A stretch of DNA of 63,377 nt, filler included, from Piptocephalis cylindrospora (lineage: Eukaryota): NCBI GenBank assembly GCA_003614145.1. It is 18 parts of 18 records of this genome, joined end to end, with 100 filler letters (N's around TTAATTAATTAA, not from the genome) between each part and the next. Parts side by side here need not be neighbours in the genome. Positions count along the whole stretch, not along the records: positions 60,002 to 63,377 come from KZ988697.1; 17 more parts are not named here. One strand, 5' to 3'. Shown piece after piece: positions 61,254 through 63,377 of this stretch. The first letter of the stretch is position 1; each line of letters starts with the position of its first letter. The notes under the pieces are model-generated. The model had not been told where the DNA came from. It saw only the letters and a list, made by a program, of their open reading frames with translations, and did not search any database. Both the position numbers and the translations under genes were made by a program.

Positions 61254-61706
61254 ATGCCAGCTGAACTACCTCATATTGGAGAGGTCGAAGCCTCCCTTAC
61301 CCCGTCTGAACTAGCGGTCCTGCGCAGACAGTATGAACGGGAGCAGCCCAAACCGTCGGCACAGACGTGCTTCAATTATGCCTGGGGTCTGGTCAAATCA
61401 GGCAAGAGGCAGGATCAGCTTATGGGCGTTCAACTTCTCTCCCAAGTGTGGAAAGATCAGCCGGAGCGGGCGCGTGAGTGCCTCTACTACCTGGCTCTTG
61501 GTCATCATAAGCTTGGGGCTCATCTTGAGGCCCGAAAGTACAATGATGCCCTTTTGTCCCTCGAACCCGAGAACCGACAAGCGCAGGAGCTTCGCACCAT
61601 CATTGATTACCGAGTCACTCGAGAGGGCCTTATGGGCATGACTATTGTTGGTGGTCTTATCATTGGAGCCGGCATTGTTATTGCTCAGGTTTTCCGCCGT
61701 TCTTGA
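61254..61706 (+). CDS. FIS1: Mitochondrial fission protein Fis1
   Basis: ELAVLRRQYERE...QTCFNYAWGLVKS...RECLYYLALGHHKLG...EPENRQA...EGLMGMTIVGG plus a C-terminal TM and basic tail. Confidence 0.97.
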   Translation: MPAELPHIGEVEASLTPSELAVLRRQYEREQPKPSAQTCFNYAWGLVKSGKRQDQLMGVQLLSQVWKDQPERARECLYYLALGHHKLGAHLEARKYNDALLSLEPENRQAQELRTIIDYRVTREGLMGMTIVGGLIIGAGIVIAQVFRRS

Positions 61707-61930
61707 TCTCATTCTCTACTGGAACATGTTCCTTTTGCTTTCGGGGAGGGGAGGGGAGTCATGTAGAGTGTGAAATGATTCAATATCGCATATATTCTGA
61801 TTAGGATAAATCTTTCGTGTATCTATGATGATCCATCAAGATTCACCCCCCATCGTTCCTATCTATATATACATGTCTTTCTTGACAACAACATCAGTAA
61901 TATCACCCGTCCCCTTCCAAATGAACTCAA

Positions 61931-63362
61931 CTAACGAAGAGTCATCAGCTCATCCAGCTGTGCTTTCTTGGACTCGAGTTCCACACGAAGGCGGGAAACA
62001 ATGTCCTCGAACCTTCGTTTAACAATGGGATTGGTGGCCTTGGCCAGATCCGATTCCTTTCGATCGATTGACTCGGTCAAGCTAGACATTTCCTGAAGGA
62101 GCGCGCGTCGCTTGACTGATACCTCATCGCCATCGTCATCCTCCTCCTCCTCGTCTTCCTCCTCATCTTCATCCTCAGTGCTTCCCTCATCGGTTCCATC
62201 ACTCCCCGCCTCGTCGTCCTCATCCATCTCCTTGAGCTCAGCAAAGCCCTGGGCAAGTTTCCGGGCCAAGTCCTCTTCGTCTTCATCCGCATACTCATCC
62301 TCTCCATCCATGTCCCGTCCAGGGCTCATCATCATGGCATCTGACGGGGTATGTACTCCACTACCTCGGCCCCTTCTTCCACTCCCGTCCCCGATGGTTG
62401 ATAGACTCTCATTATCGTCCCCATCATAACTCTTTCTACTCAAGTCATCCGCATCATAAATTCCACCATCCAAATCACTATCATCTCCCGAATCATAATC
62501 CACCTCTAAGACCTCTAGTGTTGTCCAGGGATGATGGTATGGGGTTATTGGGAAGGATATGGGATTAGCGTAAAGTATCGCTTTCTGCACTCACACGCTC
62601 TAACTTACCATACTCTACTTCTTCGGCAAGGGCATCAGCCAGAAGGAGTCGCTCAACCTCCTCCTCCACTTGCTCGATCGTCTGCTTGGACAATCGCTTC
62701 CGGAACCGTCGTTGCCGTACCTGGTTCAGTGGAGGGGTAATACCATCTGGCCACATAAAGTCACTACCTCCTCCACCCATCTTGCTCCGGGATCCTGAAC
62801 CTCCGGGCCGGTAGGTTTTACCAGGGCTCTGGGCCGCCAAGTCAGCGGGTCCATCCACCACAAGCATCTGGGTCACATCGGCCACTTTGACAAACCGACG
62901 ATTGTCAATGGACTTTTGCGACTCGATAATCGTCGGTAAGTCCACCAGTCTCCCGCCCAGCTCTTCCCCATACGCCTGGACCCGAGCGTGTCGTGGGTCT
63001 GGGAAATGAATCTGGATATTTGGATCCTTCTTTGAGTCTACATCCGCATGTAGACGTTTCAGGATCATGCTGTCTGCGGGGAGTCGAAGGATGAAGTGTT
63101 CCTCGAACGCCGGATCTTTTTCTTGTTGTAGATATGGGGGTTCCCGGTCTCCTCCACCCGACAGCAGGACCAGTCCTTTCCGCCCAGGTCGTCCCGTCGA
63201 TGTGTCCTGGGAAAAAGACACGGATCTCTGGATCCCCTCAGGCTGTAGACTAGGTGAAGGTGCAGGGGACCCGCTGGTACTGCCGGGGGTGGACCCAGGG
63301 AATTTGATCTTGATTCGTGGGACATGCTGGCCTTGTTGTGACTGGGAGTAGGAAAGGGGATG
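61931..63362 (-). CDS. TAF7: TFIID subunit Taf7 (5'-truncated), with intron
   Basis: EEHFILRLP...LVDLPTIIESQKS...KVADVTQML...WPDGITPPL..VRQRRFRK...VEEEVERLL, an acidic region, then NPIVKRRF in the C-terminal coiled coil. Confidence 0.92.
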
Positions 63363-63377
63363 AGATCGGAAGAGCGT
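63363..63377. other. Illumina adapter remnant (AGATCGGAAGAGCGT)
   Basis: Exact TruSeq adapter sequence at the contig end. Confidence 0.95.

Noticed and set aside
207..63362. U12-type introns, alternative genetic code or selenocysteine recoding
   Set aside because: All introns I could resolve are GT-AG without a U12 5' consensus, and conserved proteins translate cleanly with the standard code with no in-frame TGA at conserved Cys positions.

Overview
This window is not one locus. It is 18 short (about 3.3-3.5 kb), roughly size-sorted contigs of a fragmented eukaryotic assembly, joined by 17 artificial 100-nt linkers (N44-TTAATTAATTAA-N44), with Illumina adapter remnants and poly-G/C runs at several contig ends. 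Gene content and short GT-AG introns point to a compact-genome fungus. An early-diverging lineage (possibly a Zoopagomycota parasite) and an amplified or single-cell library are inferences only. Recognisable housekeeping genes: RFC small subunit, PRP16, CDF zinc transporter, peroxisomal enoyl-CoA isomerase, GCFC/PAXBP1-like, RPS23, CSC1/OSCA, EFR3, LMBR1-like, WrbA-type flavodoxin, ATP19, VMA12, COX14, ATP20, an ABCG transporter, LDAH, RRP40, a class I PDE, an ADAM protease, TMEM135, an SPX-type PHO87/90/91 transporter, FIS1, TAF7 and an intron-containing tRNA-Tyr(GTA). There is also an uninterrupted L1/Tx1-type LINE ORF2. The most interesting observations are: (1) a ~60-75 bp retroposed element on two different contigs, each copy with its own 16-18 bp target-site duplication, a 3' stem-loop and a (TCAAG)2 tail; (2) a gene whose central 1.2 kb is exactly inverted between short microhomologies and whose frame is restored on re-inversion; (3) a spliced Jupiter/HN1/SPIRAL1-like PGG-motif protein that no single ORF in the track captures; (4) a 3.4-kb cluster of ATP19, VMA12, COX14 and ATP20; (5) two orphan secreted proteins. 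I found no convincing multi-gene novel system, and adjacency across linkers is meaningless.
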